A stretch of DNA of 64,000 bases from an uncultured virus (IMG/VR IMGVR_UViG_3300036766_000639) (taxonomy: Duplodnaviria > Heunggongvirae > Uroviricota > Caudoviricetes). Made by a program: the position numbers and the translations under genes. Under the pieces are notes generated by a model, which had not been told where the DNA came from, did no database searches, and worked only from the letters and a program-made list of their open reading frames with translations. Shown one piece after another: positions 19,580 through 29,233 of the stretch. Where the stretch lies: IMG/VR virus record IMGVR_UViG_3300036766_000639; one strand, given 5' to 3'. How positions within the stretch are numbered: the first letter of the stretch is position 1; every line of letters begins with the position of its first letter.

Positions 19580-20734
19580 ATGGCCGATGGACGTAAGAAG
19601 GTTCTGAGCTACGGCGGCGGCCTCAACTCTTGGGCGATGCTGATCGGAGCTGGCGAGCGCGGCGAGCACCTCGACCACGTCGTCTTCTGCGACGTAGGCG
19701 ACTCCGAGCGCAAGACGCCCGGTGAGTGGCCCGCCACGTACAAGCACATGCGCGAGATAGTCGTTCCCTACTGCGACGCGCACGGCATCCCGTTCGCCTG
19801 GTTGGACATGGACAGCTACCCCATCCGCCGCGGCAAGAAGGACGAGACCAGCGCTGGCTTGTTCGGCTACTTCGAGGCCAAGGGTCAAATCCCTGTCAGC
19901 GGCCCCAACCGGCTCTGCACTCGAATCGCCAAGGTCGAGCGGTTCGAGAACTGGATGGACGACACCTACCCCGGCGAGGACGTGGAAGTCTGGATCGGGT
20001 TCGACGCGGGAGAACCTGACCGAGTCGCGAAAGACCCCAACGCTGGCGACGGACGCCCTGCCACGGCGACTACCGCCGGTCGCCACAACCGGTTCCCCCT
20101 GGTCGAGTGGGGCTGGTGCCGATGCCTCTGCGAGGCCGCCGCGGTCCGGACCGGTCTCCCTATCCCGCGCAAGAGCGCCTGCATGGGGTGTCCCTACAAC
20201 TCCGCCAAGGACTGGAAGGCGCTGGCCGAGGAAGCCCCCGAGACCTTCGCTTGGATGGAGAGCCTGGAGCGCAACAAGCTCCCGACGAAGACGGGCTACA
20301 AGCTCACGATTCACGGATGGTCGAACTGGAAGGTCTCGTCGGCGGCGTACCGAGCGCTCAAAGCCATGGGCGCCGGAGAGAGCGTCAAGTCCAGCCCCAC
20401 CACTCGGTCCATGGCCAAGCGCCACTGGGTCGAGGAGACCGCGGACGGCTACCGCCTCACGAGCTGGGGCCGAGAGATTGCCGACCACGTCCGCGAGGAG
20501 CACGTGGACAAGGTGCCCATCGCCGACTTCATCCCGAGCAAGCCGGTGTCCGGCATTCACTATGACGGCCCGGCCCTCGCCGAGGTTCTGAAGAAGAAGA
20601 CCGAGTCCGAGCTGGGCGGATGCGACATCTGCGGAGCCGCTCGCAAGGCGACCAAGTCCACCGGGTGCAGCTACCTCGGAGATGCCGAGCGAGTCATCCC
20701 TGCTGGCTCTCTGGTTCGGCCGAAGGCTGCTTGA
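19580..20734 (+). CDS. PAPS reductase-like (PP-loop) protein, paralogue 2
   Basis: LSYGGGLNS, RLCTxxxK, IGFDAGE, FPLVEWG and PRKSACMGCPY motifs. Confidence 0.8.
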   Translation: MADGRKKVLSYGGGLNSWAMLIGAGERGEHLDHVVFCDVGDSERKTPGEWPATYKHMREIVVPYCDAHGIPFAWLDMDSYPIRRGKKDETSAGLFGYFEAKGQIPVSGPNRLCTRIAKVERFENWMDDTYPGEDVEVWIGFDAGEPDRVAKDPNAGDGRPATATTAGRHNRFPLVEWGWCRCLCEAAAVRTGLPIPRKSACMGCPYNSAKDWKALAEEAPETFAWMESLERNKLPTKTGYKLTIHGWSNWKVSSAAYRALKAMGAGESVKSSPTTRSMAKRHWVEETADGYRLTSWGREIADHVREEHVDKVPIADFIPSKPVSGIHYDGPALAEVLKKKTESELGGCDICGAARKATKSTGCSYLGDAERVIPAGSLVRPKAA

Positions 20735-21094
20735 GCGCAGCGGACGGGTCTTCCCCGTCCTCACGCGGCCACTTGGCCACCTGCGCCGCCCAGTGAGCCT
20801 CCAGCTTGCGATCAATGAACGCCTTGGCTTCCGGCACGATGAAGAACACGCCCTTCATGAACGCTGTGATTTGCAGCAGCTCCACCGCTTCGCCTTCGCA
20901 AAGTCCCTCGCGGCCGTACAGGCCGCCGCCTGAGATGACGCCCCATCCGCCGACGGCTGTGCGTCCGTGGTTGACCGCTACCAGCTCGGCAAAGCGCGCG
21001 CCCTTCGTCGTCTGAATCGGGGCGCCGAACTCCGATTGCGCGAGCAGAGGCTCGTCGAGCCATCTGTCGAGGCGTTCAATCACGTCCAGCGTAC

Positions 21095-21424
21095 TCATGT
21101 GAGCTTCCCCCCGTCGGCGAACGCAAAGCTCTGGATCGCCTTGCCATCCGGCATCGTCACCTCGACCGGGTTGAGCCCGAACAGGCCGCCGCCAGCGTAC
21201 TGGCACGGTCCGCCTTTGCGCTGAAACGTCTCGTCGTCGTCGGCACCGAGTCGCCGACCCACGCACGAAAACGCGACCTCGCCCTCGCCAGCTCCCGCGT
21301 CCTTCCATTGTTGGACGGTAGCCACGTATCCGCAGCTCGGGCACACGAAGCGCCATTGCTTCGCATCTTGGCCAAAGCGCAGTTCAGCCTCAGCTATCCA
21401 CTCGGCATGGGTCATTTTGATCAT
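21095..21424 (-). CDS. VVA0879-like protein
   Basis: WxxEAxxRFGxDxxxWxFVCPSCG...CxGR...CxYAxGGL. Confidence 0.65.
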   Translation of the reverse strand: MIKMTHAEWIAEAELRFGQDAKQWRFVCPSCGYVATVQQWKDAGAGEGEVAFSCVGRRLGADDDETFQRKGGPCQYAGGGLFGLNPVEVTMPDGKAIQSFAFADGGKLT

Positions 21425-21831
21425 CGGTCACTCCTGATCTGCTTGACGACCCACGCGCGCACGCGCACGAATCGCTGCTCTGGCGCTTCCTGGCGGTAGC
21501 TGAAGCTGTCGTCGTTGATGTAGGCCACCTCCGCCGCCAGCGCTTCGGCGATGCCGAACAACTCGGCCACCTGGTCCCGCTCGTACGGCTCGACGTTCGA
21601 GGTGTCCGTGCCTCGCTTGAGCGCGACCGCTCCCATGGCGCAGCATCCTTCCGGCGTCACAAGCGCATTGGCCACCAGGCGCTTTTCGGGAAGCGCATCG
21701 AGCGCTTCGAGCATCTCTTTCAGAAAGGCTTGCCCACGCCCGCCCTTGATGGCGCTGCTCACTGCTCCGCGCCACCGGATAAGCTCCCATCCGCTACCGC
21801 AGTCTTCGTTGTATCCAGAGCGAGACATCAA
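21421..21831 (-). CDS. conserved phage hypothetical protein
   Basis: MSRSGY...WRGAVxSAIxGxRGQAFL...EVAYxND. Confidence 0.65.
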   Translation of the reverse strand: MMSRSGYNEDCGSGWELIRWRGAVSSAIKGGRGQAFLKEMLEALDALPEKRLVANALVTPEGCCAMGAVALKRGTDTSNVEPYERDQVAELFGIAEALAAEVAYINDDSFSYRQEAPEQRFVRVRAWVVKQIRSDR

Positions 21832-21871
21832 CAGTTCTCTCTTTCAGTTTTCGGCTTCGAGTCGAGACGTC

Positions 21872-22513
21872 TCAGAGCTTGGCCACCAGCTCCAAAAACA
21901 GCGCGGTCGCGTCCACGTTGGAGAAGTCCCGCGCAGCCGGTTTCAACCGCAGACGCAACGCTCCTGGGGGCAACATGATGTTGCGATCAACCGATGCTCC
22001 CAGGTTCAGGATCCCCTCCCCGCAACCCAAGTAGCGGTCCCACAGAGATGAGGACAGCTCAATACCGTGAGCGGAATGGCCGGGGTTTTCGGCCCACCAG
22101 GCCAGGAGCGCCGTCGGCAGCCCCACGACGACCGCTGGGTTCTCGCACAGGCTACCCAAGACCACGGGTTTGGCGCTGATGCGCTTCCAGACACTTGGGA
22201 ACCCCTCGCTTGCGCGCTTGCACATGGCCTCAAAGCCGTGCGTGCCTTCGATGACAAAAGTGCTGCTGCTACCAGGGCGAGAGTCGCCTGTGCGGTCCCA
22301 CATCGCCATGACCGTGAAGCCGTCCAGGTGATGAACGAGCGCTTCTCCCTGCGGCTGGCCGTTCTTGAAGATACAAAATCCCCCGTCCAGGTGATGCTCC
22401 TTCAATGACGGCGGCAACGCCGCGTTCCGCGACCGCATAAAACCTGATTCGCAATCGTACAAATGGTGCCCTACTTGTTTGGGGTCGATCACACCGAAGT
22501 ACAGCGTCCTCAT
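21872..22513 (-). CDS. hypothetical protein
   Basis: WDRTGDSRPGSSS motif; in-operon ORF. Confidence 0.55.
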   Translation of the reverse strand: MRTLYFGVIDPKQVGHHLYDCESGFMRSRNAALPPSLKEHHLDGGFCIFKNGQPQGEALVHHLDGFTVMAMWDRTGDSRPGSSSTFVIEGTHGFEAMCKRASEGFPSVWKRISAKPVVLGSLCENPAVVVGLPTALLAWWAENPGHSAHGIELSSSLWDRYLGCGEGILNLGASVDRNIMLPPGALRLRLKPAARDFSNVDATALFLELVAKL

Positions 22514-22942
22514 CTACGGCCCCTTCGTAGCCGCATGTTCGCGACACGCATCAACGGCAGCTAGCTCGCTGCTGTAATGGTGCTCTCCCCACTCAGGCTC
22601 GTATGCGCACCACGGATGCAAGATAGACAGCCCGTCGCGTTCAAGCACTTGGACAGGAATGTGCCACACAGAGTACCCAGGAGGCACACAGCGGAAAGAA
22701 GGCGGGGTGAGATCCGCTGCACGTTCGGCGTCAACCCCGTCTTCGCCTGGAAAGGTGAACGTGACCGGCGAGACAAGCGTACGAATTGGAATGCTGATGG
22801 TGATCGCCTCTGCTGGTGACGCAAACGCGATCTTCATGTTCACCACGGTCTCGACGCGGTCAGGATCTTCCGAGCTGCTCGGCGGATTCTCGACGCTTAT
22901 CTCGATGTTTCTCAACTTCACGCCGTCTTTTGGACAAATCAT
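22514..22942 (-). CDS. hypothetical protein
   Basis: ATGA-coupled start at 22942. Confidence 0.5.
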   Translation of the reverse strand: MICPKDGVKLRNIEISVENPPSSSEDPDRVETVVNMKIAFASPAEAITISIPIRTLVSPVTFTFPGEDGVDAERAADLTPPSFRCVPPGYSVWHIPVQVLERDGLSILHPWCAYEPEWGEHHYSSELAAVDACREHAATKGP

Positions 22943-23409
22943 AACCACCTCAGAGCCGCAGCGTTCAATAGAACGTGCATGATGTTGTCGGCGATGATCA
23001 GCAGCCACACGCCGAGCCACGGCGGAACGTCTGGTGCATAGCCAGTAGCCTGACACTCGCCCCAGGGCGGGTTCGGCACTACGCGGTGCCACGGGTGCTG
23101 GTTGAATCCTTCTTTGCACCCCTCGTGAGCCGACTTGCGCCCGCCGTCGCAGACAGGCCATGGCGCCAGCCAGTTCTTGGCCCACACGACATACCGAGCG
23201 AGCCGCCAGCGGTCGATCACGAAGTGCGTGCTTGCGATGAAGGCCCAGGCCGACAAGGACGGGTTGAATACCAGGAACCCAAGCGAGTAAACGAGAGCAT
23301 GCGCTGCCGCCGCCGCCGACTGCTTGGTCTTCTCCGTAGCCATCCAATGGCTCTGAAAAATATAGTCACTAATCGCGTGAGCCACCAGCTGATCTGCTGT
23401 TACAAACAT
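22939..23409 (-). CDS. DUF3307 membrane protein
   Basis: AHxxxDYxxQSxWMA.xK, HALVY, HFVIDR and ADNxxH motifs. Confidence 0.8.
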   Translation of the reverse strand: MFVTADQLVAHAISDYIFQSHWMATEKTKQSAAAAAHALVYSLGFLVFNPSLSAWAFIASTHFVIDRWRLARYVVWAKNWLAPWPVCDGGRKSAHEGCKEGFNQHPWHRVVPNPPWGECQATGYAPDVPPWLGVWLLIIADNIMHVLLNAAALRWL

Positions 23410-23819
23410 TTCGCCTCCAGCGTTGCCGGTTCATCGAGCGGCCCTGTTTGCGTTGCGAGCCAGTCGCTGATCACGCGACCGATCAGCGGCCAGTCCATAT
23501 TCCTCTTGGCCAGCGCTACCAGGTCGGCAAACGAGATGCCGCCGATGTCGGCGGCCCACGCGCAGTCGTCTTGCGGCGCTTGATCGCCAAGTGCACGGCA
23601 CAGATTCAGAGCGCGGTCGTGTTCCATGAGGCCCCTGAAACGATCCTGCGGCCGCGTCGCCGTGCCACCAGTCGCGGCATGCAGCACGCAGTAGACACCC
23701 GGCCGCTGCACCGACTCCACCACCACCCAACCGTTGCGCTCGTACGTACGCACGACGCGCCGCAGCGTTCCATTCAGCATCCGCACTTCCGCCACTCGCA
23801 TGCCGCCGACGATGTTCAT
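23400..23819 (-). CDS. hypothetical protein
   Basis: Coupled ORF. Confidence 0.5.
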   Translation of the reverse strand: MNIVGGMRVAEVRMLNGTLRRVVRTYERNGWVVVESVQRPGVYCVLHAATGGTATRPQDRFRGLMEHDRALNLCRALGDQAPQDDCAWAADIGGISFADLVALAKRNMDWPLIGRVISDWLATQTGPLDEPATLEAKCL

Positions 23820-24295
23820 CGGCTGGCCTCGGGCGAGAACTTCTCCATGTAGACATCGAGGTCGCGCAGCGCGCCGACCTTGTCACCTTTGCCAATGCAG
23901 GCGACAGCCAATGCAAGGCGATATTCTGTTGTCGGCTTGTACTCGAAGCTCGGGTCCGACTGCTGAGCCATCGACGGCCACGTGGGGAGATTGTCGCCAA
24001 CAAGTCCCCACGCCACGATGGCCTTGTTGATGTCGATCTCGCGGGACATAAACCCGCGAACGTCACCATGATGGCGCTGGGCGCGATCCAAGTACCAGCG
24101 CGCCTTCTTCAGGTCCTGCTCCTCGGCGCCCTTGTGCGGCGCGCGCAAGATGTACTTGAGCGCGTTGCCCATGCAGAACTCGAAGCCCCAGCCGAGGTCT
24201 TCGATGATCTTGATGACCTCGAACTGGGCCGTACCGTCCTCGCCGATGGGTCCGCCCTGGTTATAGTGAGAAGGATGACTGACTGCTTCGTTCAT
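23816..24295 (-). CDS. DUF3310 (T7 gp1.7-like nucleotide kinase family) protein
   Basis: VSHPSHY...E.IK...GNALKYILRA.HK...DLKKARWYL. Confidence 0.85.
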   Translation of the reverse strand: MNEAVSHPSHYNQGGPIGEDGTAQFEVIKIIEDLGWGFEFCMGNALKYILRAPHKGAEEQDLKKARWYLDRAQRHHGDVRGFMSREIDINKAIVAWGLVGDNLPTWPSMAQQSDPSFEYKPTTEYRLALAVACIGKGDKVGALRDLDVYMEKFSPEASR

Positions 24296-24351
24296 GACCT
24301 GCGCCTCCCGTCCAACATGCTGCCACCACGTATGCAGCACACTCAGCTTGC

Positions 24352-24624
24352 TCACGGCTCGATCGTAATCGGCTGCTCGCCGAGGTTCGCAATCACAACC
24401 TCTTGGCCGAGCCCAATCGCTGGCAGCGTCACGGCGAGCGGACCACGCAGTTCCGCAACTTCCGCCTTGAGCGCGTTGTGCGCCGCGATCAGTGCGAGCC
24501 CTGCGGCTGCGACGCGCTGGTCCTGAGTCTCGCGCGCATCCGTACGGCCGCTGCCACCGGTGTCGCGCAGATACTCGCAGTGCGCCAGCAGGTCGGCGAT
24601 CTGATCGGGCGTGACCTCGCTCAT
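24352..24624 (-). CDS. hypothetical protein
   Basis: Coupled to thyX. Confidence 0.5.
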   Translation of the reverse strand: MSEVTPDQIADLLAHCEYLRDTGGSGRTDARETQDQRVAAAGLALIAAHNALKAEVAELRGPLAVTLPAIGLGQEVVIANLGEQPITIEP

Positions 24625-25388
24625 GACTTGTGGCCCTCATCGAACAGCTCCATCGTCTTTGGAAAGGCGCTGACCAAGAGATCGCGCATCACGTTCGCGT
24701 ACTGCCTGATCTCCCACTGCGCGCTCGGCGCAATGCGCAGCGTCAGGAACGCGAGCCAGTTGCGTAGGTTCGCGTGCGCGCGCATGCGGCTGTACCGACC
24801 AACGGGAAGGTGGACACGGGCCAGCTCCTTCGGTACGCCAGCCACAAGCGCCGCCTGGTAAAGGTGCTCCTGGTCGCCGTACATTTTCTCCAACTGCGTC
24901 CTGAACCACGCTGCTCGTTCGGGCGTCAGCTCCTCCGCGCCCGAAATCACTCCGGCCTGCTTGTTGGTCTTGCTATTGATCATCAGCCGCTCGACCGTCG
25001 GCACGTAGTTCAGGTCAGGCAGCGGCGTGTACCTGGCGCTCATCTCGTTGTAGCTCTGCGTCCTGTGTCGGTGCCATTCCCTGAAGACGAAGATCGGCGC
25101 CTGAACTTCGATCACCATTCCGCCAAACTCAAACGGCGTCGCGTGCTGGTTATCGTAGAGGTAGCGCAGCAGCTTCTCATCACCGGGCTCCTCGCCAGCG
25201 TCTTCGCAGTCCTCGTTGGGGCACGTAATCCAGTCGGAGTTTCCGCCGAGTGGCCGTTTGCACTTCTTGCAACGCGGCCCCCACCCAAGGAAGCCCTTGT
25301 CCGTGCTCATGCGAGCTGCTTCAACAATGCTCTGGTCTGAGCCCCACGATTCGACGATCTTCAGATACCCGTGATCCAGAACTTTCAT
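24621..25388 (-). CDS. thyX: FAD-dependent thymidylate synthase
   Basis: RHRTQSYNEMSARY signature, HxTPFE, NLRNWxxFLxLR and AQWEIR. A Cys-rich insertion follows AARMS. Confidence 0.95.
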   Translation of the reverse strand: MKVLDHGYLKIVESWGSDQSIVEAARMSTDKGFLGWGPRCKKCKRPLGGNSDWITCPNEDCEDAGEEPGDEKLLRYLYDNQHATPFEFGGMVIEVQAPIFVFREWHRHRTQSYNEMSARYTPLPDLNYVPTVERLMINSKTNKQAGVISGAEELTPERAAWFRTQLEKMYGDQEHLYQAALVAGVPKELARVHLPVGRYSRMRAHANLRNWLAFLTLRIAPSAQWEIRQYANVMRDLLVSAFPKTMELFDEGHKS

Positions 25389-25930
25389 GCGTTCCTCCGT
25401 TCTTCGTACAAGCGTCCTGCGTAGAACGCCATGCCAACCAAAACAAAATGCCTCACGATCTCAGCCCAGCCCATCTCTACATGCGGCACCGAGGCCAACA
25501 TGAACAGCACTATGATTCCAGACCAGGGTACGCCTCTCATAGCTCGAAGCCTTTCAACGACTCGTATGCGCGTAGCATTGCGACCACGTCGCCCTCGGCA
25601 AGCGCCTTCGCGGCCGCGTCGAGTTCCAGGCGCATCATCGTCAGCGCAGGCAAACCTTCCCGACCGATCTCTTGATAGATCGGCATCACTTCGTCGCGAA
25701 CTCGCGCCATCTCTTTGGGCAGTGCTTCTCCGAGCGTGCTCATAGTTTTGACCTCACGCATGGCTTGTCCCAGAACCTCTCGCAGGTTCTCGTCGTACAT
25801 GCTCCACGCTGGTCTAGGGACTCTTGCTTACACGACTGGCAGGTGTTGAGACCCCTGGCGAATGATCGCATAGCTTGTGCCCACTGCTCATCACTCAGGG
25901 CATCGACCAGCCTCATAGCTTGCTCCCCCA

Positions 25931-26326
25931 TCAGTTGCTCGCGGTCGGTTTTGGTGGCGACGAGCCTGACGAATGTTGCCCAAGATCGACGAAGCCGAGA
26001 AGCGTTTCCAAATAGGTGGCGAGTTCGATCACGTGCAGCTCGTTCTGGCAGTCGTCGGCGTCGCAATCATCGAGATGATCTTCTTGGCCATGGTCAAGAC
26101 CATGCAGCATGCATTCGATCGCGTTCCTCACTACAATTGGGCGGGCCGAGACCAGCGCGAGCAGACGGCCGATCTCCGTAGCCATGGTGTGAATCGAGGC
26201 TTCCGCCACGACCTGGTGCTCTTGTTCATCCGACTCGTCCGACAGCCTGCCGAACGTGTCATGGATCGATGCGAGCATCGTCTTGCTCGCGTAGCGGTAG
26301 ACGAAGTCGTCGTTGTCGTTGCTCAT
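25931..26326 (-). CDS. acidic hypothetical protein
   Basis: Coupled ORF starting MSNDND. Confidence 0.5.
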   Translation of the reverse strand: MSNDNDDFVYRYASKTMLASIHDTFGRLSDESDEQEHQVVAEASIHTMATEIGRLLALVSARPIVVRNAIECMLHGLDHGQEDHLDDCDADDCQNELHVIELATYLETLLGFVDLGQHSSGSSPPKPTASN

Positions 26327-26541
26327 GACTGAGCCTCCGGCTTCGCGAACAGGAACAGACCTTCTTTCTCGAAGCCGACGGTCAGCGCGCCGTGCGCCGT
26401 CTCTGCCGCTTGCTGCGCCAGTCGATGCATGACCTCCGGCGGAGCCTCTGGCGGATTTCGCTTGTTGAAGGTCGAGGAGGCGTACAGCCCCGTCAGTGCT
26501 GCGCGATACGTGGCCAACCACTCTCTCTCATGTTCGGTCAT
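26323..26541 (-). CDS. small hypothetical protein
   Basis: Coupled ORF. Confidence 0.5.
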   Translation of the reverse strand: MTEHEREWLATYRAALTGLYASSTFNKRNPPEAPPEVMHRLAQQAAETAHGALTVGFEKEGLFLFAKPEAQS

Positions 26542-27287
26542 GTCTCAGCTCTCTTTGCAATGTGTCCACCGATCGATATGCCGTGAGCGCGACCGTACCG
26601 AGTCGGCACCGGCCGACAGAACAGGCAGCTCGTCCCGGCCCGTTTGTGCTCGTCAGAGCCCTCTGGGTAGCCGTCGTTGCAGCCATACCGCCAGAGCAGG
26701 ACGTTCATGCATCCCTCGCAGGACCGAGCCGCGATGAGCATGGCGTCGTAGATCGAGTAGAGCTTGGGCGCCGGACCGCGGATGACCGCTGTGTCGCCGA
26801 CCTTGGCCCCCGTCACCGCAGCGTAGTCCGAGCGCACGAACCCAATCACGGACTTCTGGACGGATCGTTCGAGCGCAAGCTCGCGCTCGGCCTCGGTCGG
26901 CCTGACCATCGCCAGGACCAGGTTCCCCGTGAATCCGCTCGACATGCTGGCGAGGAGAATGCTGCCGCTGGCGTCCCAGATCGGCGGCCACTCCCGGTCG
27001 GTCGGCACGCACTGGTAGCCGCCGCAGTGTGTACACCGGCGCCCCTTGAGCCCTTCGATCAACCCATTGTCGGGGCGGACTTCGGGGTGGGGACAGGTAT
27101 CGACCTCGGCGCGCTGGACGATCTTCAGGACATCGTGGTCCACCCGGCCCGTGAGCTGGGCGTGTTGGTACACGTAGCCCGCCGGTGGATCGGGCGGCAT
27201 GGCGCCCGTAAGGTCCGGAACAAAGCGATCTCCGGCCTCGTTTTCGTACCAGATCGAATAGAGGTTGTCGTCGAGGCTGATTCGCAT
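26538..27287 (-). CDS. Cys-rich hypothetical protein
   Basis: CEGCxNxL...GY.EGS.E....TSCLFC. Confidence 0.6.
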   Translation of the reverse strand: MRISLDDNLYSIWYENEAGDRFVPDLTGAMPPDPPAGYVYQHAQLTGRVDHDVLKIVQRAEVDTCPHPEVRPDNGLIEGLKGRRCTHCGGYQCVPTDREWPPIWDASGSILLASMSSGFTGNLVLAMVRPTEAERELALERSVQKSVIGFVRSDYAAVTGAKVGDTAVIRGPAPKLYSIYDAMLIAARSCEGCMNVLLWRYGCNDGYPEGSDEHKRAGTSCLFCRPVPTRYGRAHGISIGGHIAKRAET

Positions 27288-27446
27288 GTCGCTACCCTAT
27301 CAAGAGAGGCTTTCCAGATTTCTGCACGATCGGTTCAATATCCAGTGATGTCAATGAGTTGCGGCGGGCGATTTTCTTCGCCTCGCCCTGGCCAAAGTCA
27401 ACCGTTGACTATCAAGTCTGCCTGGTACCAAATCGTGGTTCCGCGT

Positions 27447-28052
27447 ATGCCGAGGAACCACCGAGCGCCGAAGGAACTGACACCGGAAAGCCTCGTTGCC
27501 TTCCTGCGATCTAGCGCGGTGATGACCAACCGTGATCGACGCATCCGCGCCAGGCGAGTGCGCGTGGAAGATCCGGCGAATGCCATCGAGCGTCGCCAAC
27601 GAAAGGCGGAACGCGAGAAGCAGAAATTCCTCGCCGCCAGAGCTAGGAAAAAAACTGTCAGAGCAGCTCGAATCATCAGGATGGATGCGGCCGAGGCCGC
27701 CAAAAAGGTGGCCGCGGAAGCGCGCTCGGAAAAGAAGAAGCGCGCCCGAGCCGAAGCTCGCTCCCTTCCCGAGTATCTCGAACTTCGACGAATGACGCGG
27801 CGCGAGAAGGAGGAAAGAAACAGGAAAATAGTAAATGAATTCAAAGCGTCTGGATGCTCCGTCTGCGGTGAGTCCGACCTCGACTGTTTGGATGCACATC
27901 ACTCCGACCCAAAGACCAAGAGGTTCGCGATTGCCGCCGCCAGCAGCGCACCAGCCGGACGCCTGAGAGAAGAACTTGAGCGCTGCGTCTGCCTCTGCGC
28001 CAACTGCCATAGAAAGGCTCACGCGGCCCGCCGTAGACTCACGCAATCCTAG
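27447..28052 (+). CDS. HNH endonuclease with a basic coiled-coil N-terminus
   Basis: CSVCG...LDAHH.DP..K...EL.RC.CLCANCHRKAH. It is A-richer and on the opposite strand to its neighbours. Confidence 0.8.
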   Translation: MPRNHRAPKELTPESLVAFLRSSAVMTNRDRRIRARRVRVEDPANAIERRQRKAEREKQKFLAARARKKTVRAARIIRMDAAEAAKKVAAEARSEKKKRARAEARSLPEYLELRRMTRREKEERNRKIVNEFKASGCSVCGESDLDCLDAHHSDPKTKRFAIAAASSAPAGRLREELERCVCLCANCHRKAHAARRRLTQS

Positions 28053-28150
28053 AGCATAGTCTGCGTTTGTCAACAGCCTCAAAGCACTCTCGTGTCCAGT
28101 CTCCACGTGATGAGGGATGCGCAGGCGCCGTGGCTGGACCGCTGAGATGG

Positions 28151-29203
28151 TCAGGGACGCTTGAGCGTGAACACGATCCCAACAACCCGGTTGCCGTCGC
28201 GCGCCTGATCGATGCGATCCACGACCAGCCCGGCCGCTCGGAACAGTCCGCTCACCCCGCCTCGGAGCTTCTCCGGGTCAAGGCTCGTCATGTCCAGCTG
28301 CGGGTACGCCTCCGGCGGCACCAAGATGGACTGGCCGATGAACTTGTCGGGCGCGTCGCTTGCGGCCGTGATGAGCTGGGGCGTGAACTGCGGCAACTCG
28401 GACAGGGGCTTGGGGCGCGGTCGCTCACCGTAGAGCGCCGACATTGCCGATGCTGTCACCGGAGCTTGCGCAGCGACGGTCTCCGCAGCGAGCTTCTTGG
28501 CCGCGGCGACGGCCTCGATGTGCTTGCACTCACCGCGATGCTTGTAGCCCTCGCACTGGCAGCTCCAGCCCGCGCTCGAATGGGTGACGGCATACGAGCC
28601 CTTGCCGGTCGAGGATGGCACTGTGACGACCTCATCCTGGCCTGGCGGCGCAGCCAGGGCGGTCACGCTGGCGTCACGGTCGGTACCGGCGGCAATCGCC
28701 TGCCACTTGGTGACGCACCGCTGGCAGGGATTGTGGTCCCAGGTTACCTCCATGGCCTTCACGGTCGGGCCGTCCTGGCCGCACAGCGATCCGCCCGCGG
28801 CGTTGACGATATGCGTCTCGACCGGGGCTGACGCCGGTCCGGATGGTCCGGCGCTCACATCATCCGACGGGACCGCGGTCGGACGGTGCTGAGCTTCCAG
28901 CTCGGCGACGCGCTTACGCAAGGCGGCCAGTTCGGCGTTCTCGGCGGCCTGGGTCTGTCGCTGGGCCTGCTCTATGACCAGCTCCTGCGAGCGACGGGCG
29001 ATGACATCGTCCCGCAGCTGGCGGCATGGCGTCTTGTCGCAGAACCATTTCATCTGGCCCTCGCCGACGTCAACGCCCTTCCAGCCGTGCCAGTCGCCCT
29101 TGGCCATGACCGTGAGATTGCAGCCATTACAGCTCCGCAACTCGACTACTTTCTTCGCGCCCGACGCCGGGTAGTTTGGTGTAATCGCCATCTTCTTCTC
29201 CAT
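28151..29203 (-). CDS. SWIM zinc-finger domain protein
   Basis: SSTGKGSYAV...WSCQCEGYKHRGECKHI (CxCx7CxH). Confidence 0.7.
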   Translation of the reverse strand: MEKKMAITPNYPASGAKKVVELRSCNGCNLTVMAKGDWHGWKGVDVGEGQMKWFCDKTPCRQLRDDVIARRSQELVIEQAQRQTQAAENAELAALRKRVAELEAQHRPTAVPSDDVSAGPSGPASAPVETHIVNAAGGSLCGQDGPTVKAMEVTWDHNPCQRCVTKWQAIAAGTDRDASVTALAAPPGQDEVVTVPSSTGKGSYAVTHSSAGWSCQCEGYKHRGECKHIEAVAAAKKLAAETVAAQAPVTASAMSALYGERPRPKPLSELPQFTPQLITAASDAPDKFIGQSILVPPEAYPQLDMTSLDPEKLRGGVSGLFRAAGLVVDRIDQARDGNRVVGIVFTLKRP

Positions 29204-29233
29204 CTGCTGTCCGATGCCCTATGATTGCCAGCA

